The notes under the pieces: model-generated
The model's database searches: none
Told to the model about the DNA's origin: nothing
Seen by the model: only the letters and a program-made list of their open reading frames with translations
Source: Entomortierella parvispora E1425
Lineage: Eukaryota; Fungi; Mortierellomycota
Length of the DNA stretch: 64,000 nt
Direction of reading: 5' to 3'
NCBI GenBank assembly: GCA_020891255.1
Contig: BQFW01000002.1
Coordinates: forward strand, 3,782,001-3,846,000
Shown here: positions 24,449 through 36,140 of the stretch, piece by piece
Position numbering within the stretch: the first letter of the stretch is position 1
Layout: each line of letters starts with the position of its first letter
Position numbers and translations under genes: made by a program

Positions 24449-25825
24449 AACAAAGACGCGCTTTAGTCTCGGAAAAAAAGAGGAGAGTGAGAGGGTTGAT
24501 GTGAAGCACAGAAGGAGCTGCCCTGCCCTTGGATGCCAGGTGAGGTCATACTGTTGTTTGTTTGCCTCTCGATCCGATCACGCTGGCCCTTCGCAAGACG
24601 ATCCCCCAGGTCGTTCATGTTCACGCTTCCTGGCAATACCAAAGAAGGGGAGAGCCTCAAAGAGGAGGATTGGGTAGGAGAAAAGGAAAAGAAAAAGGAA
24701 AGGAAGGTGGTTTTTGTGCAAGGTCTTGCATGCACAACCATGCAGCAAAAACACAAACCATGAAATAAACAAATAACCATTGGGCAACTTTTTGGCATGA
24801 AAAAGAGGCAAGCATTGGGCTAATCCACCGTGGTCGCAAGGATACGCGAATCGCGTTTTTTTTTTCTTGCCTTTGTTGTTGGCGAGGGTTGAACACAAGA
24901 TGAAAATTGAGCCGAAAAATGGAACCTCTCTCTGTTCACAACTCTTCCCGTCCAGGGAGAATGGGAAGATGAGGGTCAGTGCACCCTCATTTCTGGTCAC
25001 ACAGGACAATTGTTCATTTTTATTTTCCTTGGCTCTGAAGGGACAGATGGAATGATGGAGGATTTGGCAAATTGAGGCAAAGCAAAGTAGATATTTCAAT
25101 ATGAGAGAACCGACGGGGGCGAGGCTCGGCAATGCACAAAGGCGATGCTATTAAAACAATGCGGTACTGTACTACAACACAATAAAACGATCGCTCCCAT
25201 GGTTCCACTGCATGGAGTGTCCACTGCCTCAATGCAACAGCACAAAATGAGGGCTTTTTTTTTCTTATTCAGTTCATCTCGGATGAACATTGAGATTGGT
25301 TCAATTGCCAACGCCCCCAAGCCCTTCCCTTGCCAAGATGTCATTCCAAAAATTGTGGAGAAAAAATAGCAGTTTTATTGTGTTATGGACAACCAAAAAA
25401 AATGGTTTCGTAAGAGCTTTGCTGCCTGTTGTTTTTGGGTATTGCATCGACAGTCCTGCTGAAGAAGAAAGAAAGAGAAAGAAAAGGGCTATTATAAAGT
25501 GTACAGTAAGGGTGTGGTCTATGGTGTTGCGCGTGTCGCTTTTTTTGGTGTGTTTTCTCTTTGGGTGGGTTGACTATTGTACAAGTTTTTAGTGGGACAG
25601 TTTGGAATGGCATGAAGATACTGGAAAGTCGTCGCGAAATGGTGCGCTGGGCGGGTGGGGTCAAGAACCCCTTCTCCTCCTCATCCTCCTTCCGCCTTTT
25701 GCGTAGAGGATTGTACATGAGAATAGAAGAGAAAAAAAAGAACAAAAGGAATCGAGTGTGGAGTAGCGAAATTGTTCCCGTCGGGCTCTGTTGGCTCTCT
25801 TTTTTTTTGCTGTTTTTTCTGCTGT

Positions 25826-26347
25826 TCAGGGTTCCTGAAGCAGGCTGGGTGTGAGCGAGATACGGATGGTGCCTCCACAGTGGGTTTGCAAAAGCTCGTC
25901 AAACTGTCGCATCTTTTCGTTCATCTCGGGGGCCGGTGTGGTCGTTGCCTGGGAGCTGCCTCGAGACAGGAATGGACGGGAGGCCTTCACGTCAAAGGAA
26001 CTCTTTGACCGGAACATTCTGTTGTCGCTCATGGAAGCGATCGAGTTGCGACGCTCGCGCAACAGCTTGGCATGAAGGTCATTGCGAAGGTGACGATGGG
26101 ACGGTTGTGGGGGTGAAGGACAGTAGTGTTCAGGGATGTTCTCAATCGAAGAGGGCGAGGGTTGGGGCGTGTTGTTGCTACCAAAGATTCGAATCAACGA
26201 GAAGCGACGAGATTTTTTGCAGCCCATGTTGGAAGAGGATGAAGGGGATGAGGATGAAGGAGATGATGAAGAAGAAGTTGTGGAAGAGGGAGACAAGGGC
26301 AAAGGAGAACAAAGAGTGCTGCTGGTTGTGGACAAAGTGAGGGTCAT
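25826..26347 (-). CDS. Small hypothetical protein (173 aa), Ser-rich N-terminus, C-terminal KMRQFDELL..TIRISLTP motif
   Basis: Uninterrupted ATG-to-TGA ORF with protein-like composition and an upstream TATA box. It is the only plausible ORF in a 5-kb gap. Confidence 0.7.
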   Translation of the reverse strand: MTLTLSTTSSTLCSPLPLSPSSTTSSSSSPSSSSPSSSSNMGCKKSRRFSLIRIFGSNNTPQPSPSSIENIPEHYCPSPPQPSHRHLRNDLHAKLLRERRNSIASMSDNRMFRSKSSFDVKASRPFLSRGSSQATTTPAPEMNEKMRQFDELLQTHCGGTIRISLTPSLLQEP

Positions 26348-26512
26348 TGAGTGTGTTTTTTTTTTTTTTGCTCGGAGAGAGTGGAGAGAAATGAGATGCG
26401 CGTCTTAATAGGTGATGCCTTGCTGAGGGTCCGAAGATTGAGGGTCAAAGGGAGATATGAATTATGAAAGGAGATAGAGAGAAAGCGAGGGGGACGAGAG
26501 GAGGGGTGGCCG

Positions 26513-26520
26513 TTTATATA
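26513..26520 (-). promoter_or_regulatory. TATA box (TATATAAA) upstream of the small hypothetical gene
   Basis: Plus strand tttatata, about 165 nt upstream of the ATG, followed on the sense strand by a CT-rich leader. Confidence 0.6.
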
Positions 26521-28146
26521 TGGAGGCAGGAGGTGCAATTTTTGCGTTCTTTGCCTATCGCGGCGGATGAGGGGTGGTACAAGTCGAGAGAGGGCCAGAA
26601 CGAGAGCAAGAGAAGAATGCAGTTGCTTTCCAGGCAAAGAAATCTGGTGTTGTGGCACAAAGCAGGTAGCAAGCGGGGGTCAATGTTTTCGATCGTGCGT
26701 CAGTGGGGTGGGGGGGAAGGATGTGCAAGAGGGTGCTGGGAGGGAGGGAGAGAGCCAAAGGCGGAAATTAGCGTTGTTTGTTTTGTTGTGCGTGTTGTGT
26801 GTATAGGTATGGACAGAGCTATGGACGCGAATGAGAAGAGAGGAAAAGACAGGGGCGAATGAAGGTGCGAAATGTAGAAGGGACTTGGGGGACGAAGAAT
26901 CGAAGAGTGAAGGAACGGTTTCGCCCTTTATATCCTCTTCTATCCCTCACTCCCCTTCCATGGTTTCCGTCTCATTCCTCAACCGATATGAGGTTACGGG
27001 CCATGCTGACGAACGTCTTTCCACCCACATAGTGGTTTGGCTGTTGGATCGCTACGGTTTCCCCTCTTTGGCTGTGGGAAAGACAAATAATGATGACAGT
27101 GAACCTCATTCCAATACTCTCCAACGGAAGCTGAGGTATCTCTCATTACTGTTTAGCAATTTTGGCCTTCCGCCTGCTAGGCGAGATGAAGATCTTTACG
27201 ACCTGCCTTTCCTTCCATGGGTTCCGAGGTTTTTTATTTTTCCGCCTGAATCCTCTTACTGTTTACGCGTAAAACGCCAGACTCTTGGTCCACACCTTTT
27301 TTTTTCGCTTCCTTCCTTTTTGGTCTTCCGCACTCGAACTCGTCGAGATTCTCTTCTAGCCCGCTCGAGAATGATTTCAAAGTGATGTCAAAAAGCAAAC
27401 AATCGCAGTAAATGCATATCATGCAATCGGCGGTGTTTGCCAGACTTGTGGCTGCCCGCAAGAGCAAGAGATGACGACGGTAGAGAGGTGTAAAGGTGCA
27501 GGGAAAAGTCGTGTCAGAGAGGGCAATAAACGGTGGGCTGTTAAACCTAAGTTTTTTTTTTAGCCCACGCACATACACACACCCATGTCCCTGGGCGGCT
27601 GCCCCCGCAGACCCACTGGTGGGTGGGCCATATAACCTAATGGCATCATAAGCGTTCATGGCTCTTTGTCCGTCTGTCCCTCATGTCCCTCAAAGTTTAT
27701 AGATACCGTTCGACCTTCACGCTGCCCTTGTGATCATTTTTTGGCTGGGGCTTTTTTTTTCTTTTCCGTGCCCTGTGCACAGGGAACGCAGCAGCTGAAA
27801 CGAATTGGGGGTACAAGAGATGCAAGGGGGGGACTGATCTATATCGCGCCTCTTGTCCTACCAAGCTGTTGGGGCGGTTTGTTCCCAAAAAAGACGTCAG
27901 TAGACAATCTACACCGTAAAGCTCAAAAAGAAGAGGACGGTTGCATGTGCAAATACGTCGAGTCCGTGGTTTCTGACTCTTCTTACTGCTTTATTGTAAC
28001 TTGATAATGGATGACAGGACACTGAAGGGGGAAAAAGAAATATCAAAAGAGCAATATTTTTTTGGGTTGTAGGAAGGGGCTTGAAGACGGATGTGGCGAA
28101 TGGGCCATGACAGTCCCAAACACATTGGTGTACAAGCACGAGCCAA

Positions 28147-30387
28147 TCAATAATTCACACCTTGTACGACCGCTGGCCACGTTGCACGAATACGCTCAAA
28201 GAGCTCAGGCTTGGTCCTTGCCAACGCAGCTGGATCCTCAGCCAACGCGACAAATGTGGTTGCCACACCAGAGTCAATGACAGTGCCGACAGTGAAAAGC
28301 ATCTGGAAGCCCATGACAAAAGCCATTGTGACGATCACGTAGGTGAACTGTCCTCCAGAATTGAAGACTGGGTTTGCAAAGTTCAAGTAGAGATAACTTG
28401 CCAATCCGGAAAGAACCTATGACAAAGCAGGAGAGCAATTGAAACGCGCAAGGCCACAAAAAAAAAAAGGTTTGTCAGACGCTCAGGCCCCAATACCAGC
28501 TTTTTGTCCAACAGTATCAGGACAATAAAATAAAATAAAGAGCAGTGGGGCTCGAGCACAACGTTACCCCTGCGAAAATAGCTCCCATTGTCCAAACGTT
28601 TCCGATCAAGTTGTCGTTGATGAGTTGAATTATTCCGCGATCCTTCAAGATGGTCCAGGTATCTTTGGCAGCGGGAATAAAGGCCTTTCCGTAGATGGCC
28701 ACTTGAGTGAATGCATACTTGTTGACATACTCGGCAATTCCTTGCAAACACCCTGAAGAGGAAAGATAGTTCAAGTTTCAGTGTTAGTCAATGTTACAGA
28801 GTCTCTCCTCGCTATCCATAAAAAAAAAGACGCCGCCGTCGTTGTGCACTCACCTAGAATACAGTCGATCAAACAAGCTAAGAACGCCAAGATTCCATCG
28901 TTTCCATCGCCCCTGAACATCTGAGCAATAGCGCGCAAGGTCTGGATTCCGGCGATAATCAGAGATCCAAAGCAAATACTGCCAATGGAAGTGGTGCAAG
29001 CCCTCTTGAAACTCGCCAAAGTGGGTGATTTTGACATGCCCTGAGGTGATCCTGCCATAAAGTAGTAAGTTGCAAAGACGCCCGAAACGGTCACATGAAC
29101 AATATTCTACGCGTTGATGGAAATGGTCTAATGGTTAGACTTGGTGTCAAAATTACCATCGAGATACACTGTCATGGACCTACCTTGATGACTTGCGATA
29201 CCCAGAAAAAAGAAAAGAAACAAAAGACGATCAAAGCCTTGAGCTTTCCTGGTGTGCTCTGCTGCGTGGGATCATAATACATTTCGTAGCAACCCGAGAT
29301 GACTGTGATGAAATAGACACTGTAGACGATTTGAATGAAAAGACCAAGGAACGCCAGAGCAAACACGGCTGGGTACTGGCGTGAGATGCCTGTCACGGCT
29401 CGCAACATTTCCTAGAAATGGTAGGCATGGCGTAAGCGTACTGTTGCAAGATGGATCGTCCCATCGTAAAGACTCTTTCCACTTACCGTCGCAAAAGGGA
29501 TCCGACTCCGCCAAAACACCCACATGAACGCGTAGAGAACGCCAAAGATAAGTCCCACAATACCGGGGTACCACAGTCGCTGGACTAGATAGTAGATGGC
29601 AATGGCAAGATAGGCAATGATACTCAGGGCAAATGTCACCTATAAAAAAACAAGAAAAAAAAAGCAGGTAAGGTACAAGTAGATGAAAGCGATGTTCTTT
29701 TTGCTTCAATGGTGCCATTGTTACCTTGATTACTTGGCGCGGGAATCTGTTGAATGAGTATCAAAGAGCAAGAGAGAAACAAAGGTATGGGTGGTAAGCA
29801 AGGTTGAGGGTAGACCATCAATCAATAGAGTAGCATTCTCTCGTCGTCTGCAGTGCAAACACGTACGACTGAGTCAGAAAGAAGTAGAGCACGGCAATGA
29901 CAGCACCGACAAGGATCGAGATCAGCAGGGTGATGAGTCCACTCTTTGAGAAAACTCCGATGTACTGACTGCCAGGGGTGCGTCCTGGAGGTTGATATTG
30001 ATAACCGCCATCCAGTCCGTAGCTGTTATTCCGGTCCTGATTGATCTTGTTGATGGCAAAGTACGACAGCACCACAAACGCCGCCAGCTGAGCAATAAAT
30101 AGGATGAACGCCCAGCAGTCGTTGTACTTTGGGCGAGGGTTGAACTTTGCAGGCAGACCCGACTCTGGGTTCACTGTTCCGTATGGTGCAGTCTCGTAAC
30201 TCGGAGGCATCACCCCTGTCATGGGCTGGCTTTGTGTGGGCCCTGCGGGTCCTGTCCCAAAGTATTGTTGTTGCTGCTCAGGCTGCAGACCCCAACTATG
30301 TTGTTGTTGTTGTGGATTGTAGTAAGGTTGCTGCTGGGGTGGTGGAGCGTATGTTTGCTCTGGAGGAGCGTAGTGTTCGTTGGCCAT
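28147..30387 (-). CDS. PNS1: Choline transporter-like (CTL) plasma-membrane protein Pns1, multi-exon
   Basis: RPKYNDCWAFILF; WRSRIPFA; FFSFFWVSQVIK; SGVFATYYF..RACTTSIGSICFGSLI; YVNKYAFTQVAIYGKAFIPAAKDTW; SGVATTFVALAEDP. Confidence 0.93.
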
Positions 30388-30958
30388 GATGACGAAGGAA
30401 GGACAACGTGCAGCTCAGGGGACGCAGTGCGAGGCAAGGAGAACCAGTTCCCTTGGTTTGTTGGATGAAAGGAACAAAAGAAAACAAAGAGAAAAAAGTC
30501 GCGAGGGTGTGGAGAAGAACAAAAGGGGACGGGAGGAGCAGAGAGTCGAAGAAAGAGGAGCAGAGACATTAGAAATGCGTTCTATCTGGTTGGAGGAGGA
30601 TGGAATACCTGTCTCGCTCTCTATCTTTCAAAAAAGAGAAAAGGGTCCTTGGCTGCTCTCCTCCATCTGTGCTCCTTCATTCCTCATCCTAGCAACAGCG
30701 ATCGGGTCCCTCATGGATGCAGGGATCTACAAAAGCCCTGCAGGCAAGAGGATCCGCTGACGGCGTCCCGGACACGACGTCTTTCATTCTTTCCAGTTGG
30801 AATCGTGATCAAAAAATTGGTCACGTGTGGCACCTTTGGGTATGCACCCTTAAATGATGGTGAAGGTCTGAGAGACAACTTTTTTTTGTCGTCAAAGTGT
30901 GGCAGTCATCCGGGCGAAAAGTTCGTAGAGAACTTCTTCACAAGTGCTCCGCTTCTTT

Positions 30959-32668
30959 TTATTCTGCGAAATCGCTATAAAAGTTCTCGTCATCTTCATT
31001 TTCGTCATCGCTTCCAGCACTAAACTCATTGCTACGTAACAGCAGCTCGATACCTCTATCTTCCACCATTTGCCACATCACCGCGCATGCATCCTTGTCT
31101 TCAAGAAGGCCGCGACTCATCGATTTCAAGTGTGGCCACTGATTCAAGATCCAAAGTAAATCCTCCCCGTCCACTCGTTGGTGTGTGCCGACGAATTTCA
31201 AGGTCACCATGTTCCTGAGAGGCGCCAAAAGAGTCAGGCCAGATTGTATCTTCAGTTGAAGCCCTCGTGTGTTGTCCCCGCCGTGAATAGAGTGGTCATT
31301 GATGTAAACAGATTGGCCCAAGTTCAAAGCCTCCAAGTCGCCAAGTTTCGAAATCTGTTGAAAGATCTGTTCATCCCAACCTGTGGTCTCCTCTCCAACG
31401 GGGAATGCGATGAACATTGTGAGTTGGATCAGACTCAAACAGACCCAGGGCTTGACCTCTTGGATATCGCGTGAGGCTGCAAACCGCGCCATGATTTCGT
31501 TCAGTTCGTCCACCATTTCATGTGTTCCGTTCGTGATCTCCTGCTGGCGCTGCTCGATGTCGTCCCTGGTATCTTGTGCCAGCTGATTTGCTCGAGCTTC
31601 CTCTGCTCTCGGGCCAGTCACCATTTCGTGAGCAAAGACGCGTCCCAGCTTCAGATGGGTCAGCTTTGGAAAGGTGATCGTGATCCACTGACACATCCAG
31701 CTACGCAGACCATCACAGTCATATAGACGTAGACCCTCTAACGTCTGGGAGTGTCGTCTTTCCAGTGCAGCCAGAGACCTGTACCAGAATCCCGATTGCT
31801 TTAGCGATACTAGCCGCAGGGGGCCACATGCATCTAATATACGTGCCACCTGACTGTCGCTCAACTTGTTGGTGAGCTCGAGAGACTTCAATTGTTGCCA
31901 TGGTCGATTCTGTAGAGTCCTGAAAGCCAATCGTGTTGAGAACACATCCCTGTGGACATGGCGCAGCGGTAAGGACCATTCTAGAGCTCGTAGTTGCGGA
32001 CATTGAGCATACCAACAGAGCTCCTGCGCCACATTATCGAAAACCTCATGGATCAGGAGATGCTCCATCACTGGAAACTGTGGCTCGACCGTAAAGTCAC
32101 TCCAGGAGAGATGACAATCGTGGAGTTCCAGTTTCGTCAGTCTTCTTCCTAGCTCCATTAATAGCGCCGTCTCCTTCTTGTTCAGACGACTAGTCCTGAG
32201 CGTCAAGCTTTGTAGGAAGGGGCTGCACTGAGGGAGCAGGATGCTCCAAGCGAGGTGGTGATTGCGACTGCTGTTGCATATATATAGGTGACGGAGCTGT
32301 TGGTTCAGAAGGATCAACGCTTCGCAAGAAGCAACGCTATTTCTGTCACCATGATCCACTGCCAAGATATGCAGGGCTCGAAGGTTACAGCACCGGACAG
32401 AAGGGTGCGAAATCAAAAGAGGGATCCCATCTTTGACAAGTTTAGCACCTTTGTGTATTTGGATAACGAGATATCGAATATGTTCAGCATGCCGCACCAT
32501 GCCTTCGACGGATGGCGGTGAACAAAGGCCACTGATGCTCTCGTAAAGCACTGGCGCCAGGAGTTGATGCCATGACTTGCAGACGCGGAGACAGATGGTC
32601 AAAGAATGCCGCGCCAAATTCTTTCCGATGAAGAGAATGATTTCAGGAATGTCCAGCACTGGATGCAT
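30959..32668 (-). CDS. F-box/LRR (RNI-like) protein, array copy 1, intact, intronless (569 aa)
   Basis: MHPVLDIPEIILFIGKNL..CLRVCKSWHQLLAPVLY (F-box), LxxLxL repeats, KPWVCLSL, acidic tail ending YSDFAE. Confidence 0.9.
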   Translation of the reverse strand: MHPVLDIPEIILFIGKNLARHSLTICLRVCKSWHQLLAPVLYESISGLCSPPSVEGMVRHAEHIRYLVIQIHKGAKLVKDGIPLLISHPSVRCCNLRALHILAVDHGDRNSVASCEALILLNQQLRHLYICNSSRNHHLAWSILLPQCSPFLQSLTLRTSRLNKKETALLMELGRRLTKLELHDCHLSWSDFTVEPQFPVMEHLLIHEVFDNVAQELCWYAQCPQLRALEWSLPLRHVHRDVFSTRLAFRTLQNRPWQQLKSLELTNKLSDSQVARILDACGPLRLVSLKQSGFWYRSLAALERRHSQTLEGLRLYDCDGLRSWMCQWITITFPKLTHLKLGRVFAHEMVTGPRAEEARANQLAQDTRDDIEQRQQEITNGTHEMVDELNEIMARFAASRDIQEVKPWVCLSLIQLTMFIAFPVGEETTGWDEQIFQQISKLGDLEALNLGQSVYINDHSIHGGDNTRGLQLKIQSGLTLLAPLRNMVTLKFVGTHQRVDGEDLLWILNQWPHLKSMSRGLLEDKDACAVMWQMVEDRGIELLLRSNEFSAGSDDENEDDENFYSDFAE

Positions 32669-33065
32669 GTCAGGATGGCGCGTGGGAAAAGATGAATGAA
32701 GCAAAGAGGAGGATCCACCTTGTTGCGCATGCATGCATGCATAGAAGTCGACGCGTGACTGCTGGAGTGGGGAGGGGCATGGTCCTTGTGCATGCCAGTC
32801 CTTGCACAACTCCTACCATTGGGCGATGCGCACAAACTGAGAAAAGGACACCGAAAAGTTGACTATCAGGGTGAAGAGGGGAAGATCATCTACCATAGAG
32901 GGTCATCGTAGTCCGAAACCTTCACGTTCCTTTCAAGGTGGTGGGCGGTCATCTGCGATGGTGTCGCTCCTTATCCTCCTTCTCCACAGTCCAGATGTCC
33001 TTGTTTCCGTAGATTCCACGAAGGGGATCAGATTTGCTTCGCCAGCAGCAATTCTAAACCACAAT

Positions 33066-34826
33066 TTATTCATCAATGAAATCGCTGTAACGGTCCTCCT
33101 CTTCTTCTTCATCATCATAATCATCATCATCATCATCATGGTCTTCATACTGGTATTCATATCTCTTTAGCAGCAGCTCGATGCCTTTGTCTTCCACCAT
33201 TTTCCACAATTCTCCGCGCGTATCTTTGTCATTATGAAGACAACTACTGATCTCTTTAAGACCTGGCCACTGATTGAAGATCCAAATCAGATCTTGCTTA
33301 TCCAAACGTTGATGTGCATCCACAAATTTCAGGGTGGTCAGCTTCTTGAGAGGCGCCAAAAGAGTCAAGCCAGATTGTACTTTCAGCTCAAGCGGTCTTC
33401 CTCTTTGGATATGATCGTTCATGAGAATAGATAGGCCCAAGTTCAATTTCTCCAAGCGATCGAGTGTCGAGATCTGTCGAAAGATTTGCTCATCCCAGTC
33501 TTTCGTCTTCTTTTCCTCTGGGAATGAGATGTAGATAGTAAGTTGAACCAGATTCAAACAGACCCAGGGTTTAGCCAGTCGGACACCGCGTACGGCTGCA
33601 AAATGCATCATGGTATTGTCCAATTCGCCCACCATGTCGTGTTTTTCGTCCGAGATTTCCTGCTGGCGCTTCTCCATGTCGTCCTTGGCATCTTGTGGTA
33701 GTTGATTTGCTCGAGCCTCCTCTGCTTCCAGGCCAGTCACCATGTCATGAGCAAAGACTTGTCCCAGTTTGAGATGGGTCAGCTTTGGAAAGGTGACCAT
33801 GATCCACTGACACATCCAGCTACGCAGACCATCGCAGTCGAACAGACGGAGACCTTCCAACGTCTGAGAATGCCTCTCCAGTGCGGCCAGGGATCTATAC
33901 CAAAACCCAGCTTCCATTATCGACAGTACCCGGAGAGGACCGCATGCATCCAGGATTTGGGCCACTTGACTGTCGCTAAAGCCCAAGCCCAACTCAATTC
34001 GCTGTAGAAATTTCCATGTTTGACTCCGAAGACTCCTGAAAGCCAGTCTTGTGTCCAGAACCATTTTGCGCAACCCGTGAGAGCCGTATTTGAGCATTGG
34101 TCCCCAGGTGTTTTCAGTGAACACCCACGGTAGTGAACGAAGTTGCGGGCATTGGGCATACCAACGGAGCTCTGGTCCCGAGCTACGGAAGAAACCTTGG
34201 ATCTCGAGAGTTCTCATTTCTGGAAACTGTGGTTCGACCGTGAAGTCACTCCAGACACCTTCACAATGGTTAAGTTCAAGTTTCCTCAGTCTTGATCCTA
34301 GCTCCATCAATGCTGCTGTCTCCTTCTTGTCCAGACAACAGCCCCCAAGTTCCACGGATTGCAGGAACTGGCTGCACTGCGAAAAAACAATGTTCCAAGA
34401 AAGGTGGAGCTCGCATTGTCGGGTGTAGGTAATTGTGAGGTAACGGAGTTGTTGGTTCAGGAGGATCAGCGCCTCGCCCGACGCACGACCCTTTCTCGAG
34501 GGTTCATCCAGGAACGAAAGATCCAAGGTCGTGAGATTATGGCATCGCAAAGACGAGCGCGATGTAAAGATATCGACTCCATTGTGGCTATTTTCTCGAT
34601 CCGAGCTTATGTCGAGGTAGAGATGTCGAATATGCTTGAGATGTCGCGTCATTGCTTCTACGGATGGCAATGCCATATCTGTATAGGCGACTGTCCTGTA
34701 GAGCACTGGGATCAAGACTCGGTGCCATGACTTGCAGACGCAAAGACATGTTGCCAGAGATGCCGGTGGCATAGATTCTCCGATGAGGAGTAATATCTCG
34801 TCAGGAATGTCAATGACTGAATGCAT
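33066..34826 (-). CDS. F-box/LRR protein, array copy 2, intact (586 aa)
   Basis: MHSVIDIPDEILLLIGES..CLCVCKSWHRVLIPVLY, LRRs, KPWVCLNL, tail ending YSDFIDE. Confidence 0.9.
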   Translation of the reverse strand: MHSVIDIPDEILLLIGESMPPASLATCLCVCKSWHRVLIPVLYRTVAYTDMALPSVEAMTRHLKHIRHLYLDISSDRENSHNGVDIFTSRSSLRCHNLTTLDLSFLDEPSRKGRASGEALILLNQQLRYLTITYTRQCELHLSWNIVFSQCSQFLQSVELGGCCLDKKETAALMELGSRLRKLELNHCEGVWSDFTVEPQFPEMRTLEIQGFFRSSGPELRWYAQCPQLRSLPWVFTENTWGPMLKYGSHGLRKMVLDTRLAFRSLRSQTWKFLQRIELGLGFSDSQVAQILDACGPLRVLSIMEAGFWYRSLAALERHSQTLEGLRLFDCDGLRSWMCQWIMVTFPKLTHLKLGQVFAHDMVTGLEAEEARANQLPQDAKDDMEKRQQEISDEKHDMVGELDNTMMHFAAVRGVRLAKPWVCLNLVQLTIYISFPEEKKTKDWDEQIFRQISTLDRLEKLNLGLSILMNDHIQRGRPLELKVQSGLTLLAPLKKLTTLKFVDAHQRLDKQDLIWIFNQWPGLKEISSCLHNDKDTRGELWKMVEDKGIELLLKRYEYQYEDHDDDDDDYDDEEEEEDRYSDFIDE

Positions 34827-34990
34827 TCCGGGATGGTGCTGCTGATAAAGATGAAGGTAAGATGATGGTGATGTAGAAGCAAATGAGCTCGTGTGATCAC
34901 GATCACGGCCAAATATGAGATTGGGTGATGTGCACCCTTAACATCAAAGATCGGCCTCCAGAAAAGATCGAACGGTCCTTTTCAGGGACA
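34440..34990. repeat. Near-identical direct repeat with about 36745-37295 (5' end plus upstream region of copies 2 and 3)
   Basis: By eye, about 550 bp with about 4-5 differences. Confidence 0.9.
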
Positions 34991-35184
34991 CCAAGCATTG
35001 GCCTGGCCTCTTCCTTCCCTCAGGAATGGCGGCCATGCAAGCTATGAATGGTCCGTAGCACTCCTATTATGTCATGGAAGTGGCAGGTCTGGCCTCTGCT
35101 GCTGGTGTTGCTTGGTTGTCACCGCGACACAGTGATCCGCTCTGGAAGGTCTGCTCCTTTTTTTTTTTTTTTTTTTTTTTGTCC

Positions 35185-36140
35185 ATGCTTGAGTTGCGGC
35201 GAACTGGCCACAGAGCGCTTGATCAAACTCCGAGAGACAGGATGTGGGCGTTGAGTTGAGGAGATATGTTTGTTTGAGCAGATAGACACAGTTGGCGCCC
35301 ACTCCACATTCACTGACATAGCGATTGACCAGTGGAGAAGTCCATGGAGGCATCCGAGGACCAGACTTGCTTTGGCAGCAGTAATTCTAAACCACAATTT
35401 ATTCGTCAATAAAATCGCTGTAACGGTCATCATCATCGTCGTAGTCATCGTCCTGGTATTCATATTCCTGCAGCAGCAGCTTGATGCCTTTGTCTTCCAC
35501 CATTTTCCACAATTCATTCCGTGTGTCCTCGTCATCATGAAGGCAGCTGCTGATCTCTTTCAGTCCTGGCCATTGATTGAGGATCCAAATCAGATCTTGC
35601 GTGTCCAACTGTTGACGCGAATTTACAAATTTCAGGGCTGTCAGCTTCTTGAGAGGCGCCAAATGAGTCAAGCCAGATTGCAATTTCAGCCCAAGCGGTC
35701 TCCCTGTGTAGCAATGCTCGATCATGAGAATAGATAGGCCCAAATTCAGTTTCTCCAGGCGATCGAGTGTCGCGATCTGTCGAAAGATTTGCTCATCCCA
35801 GCCTTTCGTCTCCTGTTTCTCTGGGAATGTGAAGTATATGGTAAGTTGTACCAGATTCAAGCAGACCCAGGGCCTGGCCAGTTTAACATCATGTGAGGCT
35901 TCAAACCGGGCCATGATGTTGTTCAACTCGTCCACCATGTCGTGTTTTTCGTCCGAGATCTCCTGCTGGCGCTTCTCCATGTCGTCCTTGGCATCTTGCA
36001 CCAACTGATTCGCTCGGGCCTCCTCTGCTCCAAGGCCAGTCACCATGTCGTGAGCAAAGACGCGCCCCAGTTTGAGATGAGTCAGCTTTGGAAAGGTGAC
36101 CATGATCCACTGACACATCCAGCTACGCAGACCATCACAG
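35185..36140. repeat. Direct repeat with about 37310-38260 (3' half and downstream spacer of copies 3 and 4)
   Basis: The coding part differs at only about 8 residues over about 250 aa; the spacer part is more diverged. Confidence 0.9.

Noticed and set aside
23350-25800. Numerous 60-185 aa ORFs in the long intergenic region
   Set aside because: They are dominated by poly-Lys/Phe from A/T tracts, many start at non-ATG codons, and no motifs or splice-consistent structure were found.
26400-28100. ORFs 26831-27385 and 27234-27659
   Set aside because: No domain signal; the region fits the promoter of the small gene and the 3' flank of PNS1.
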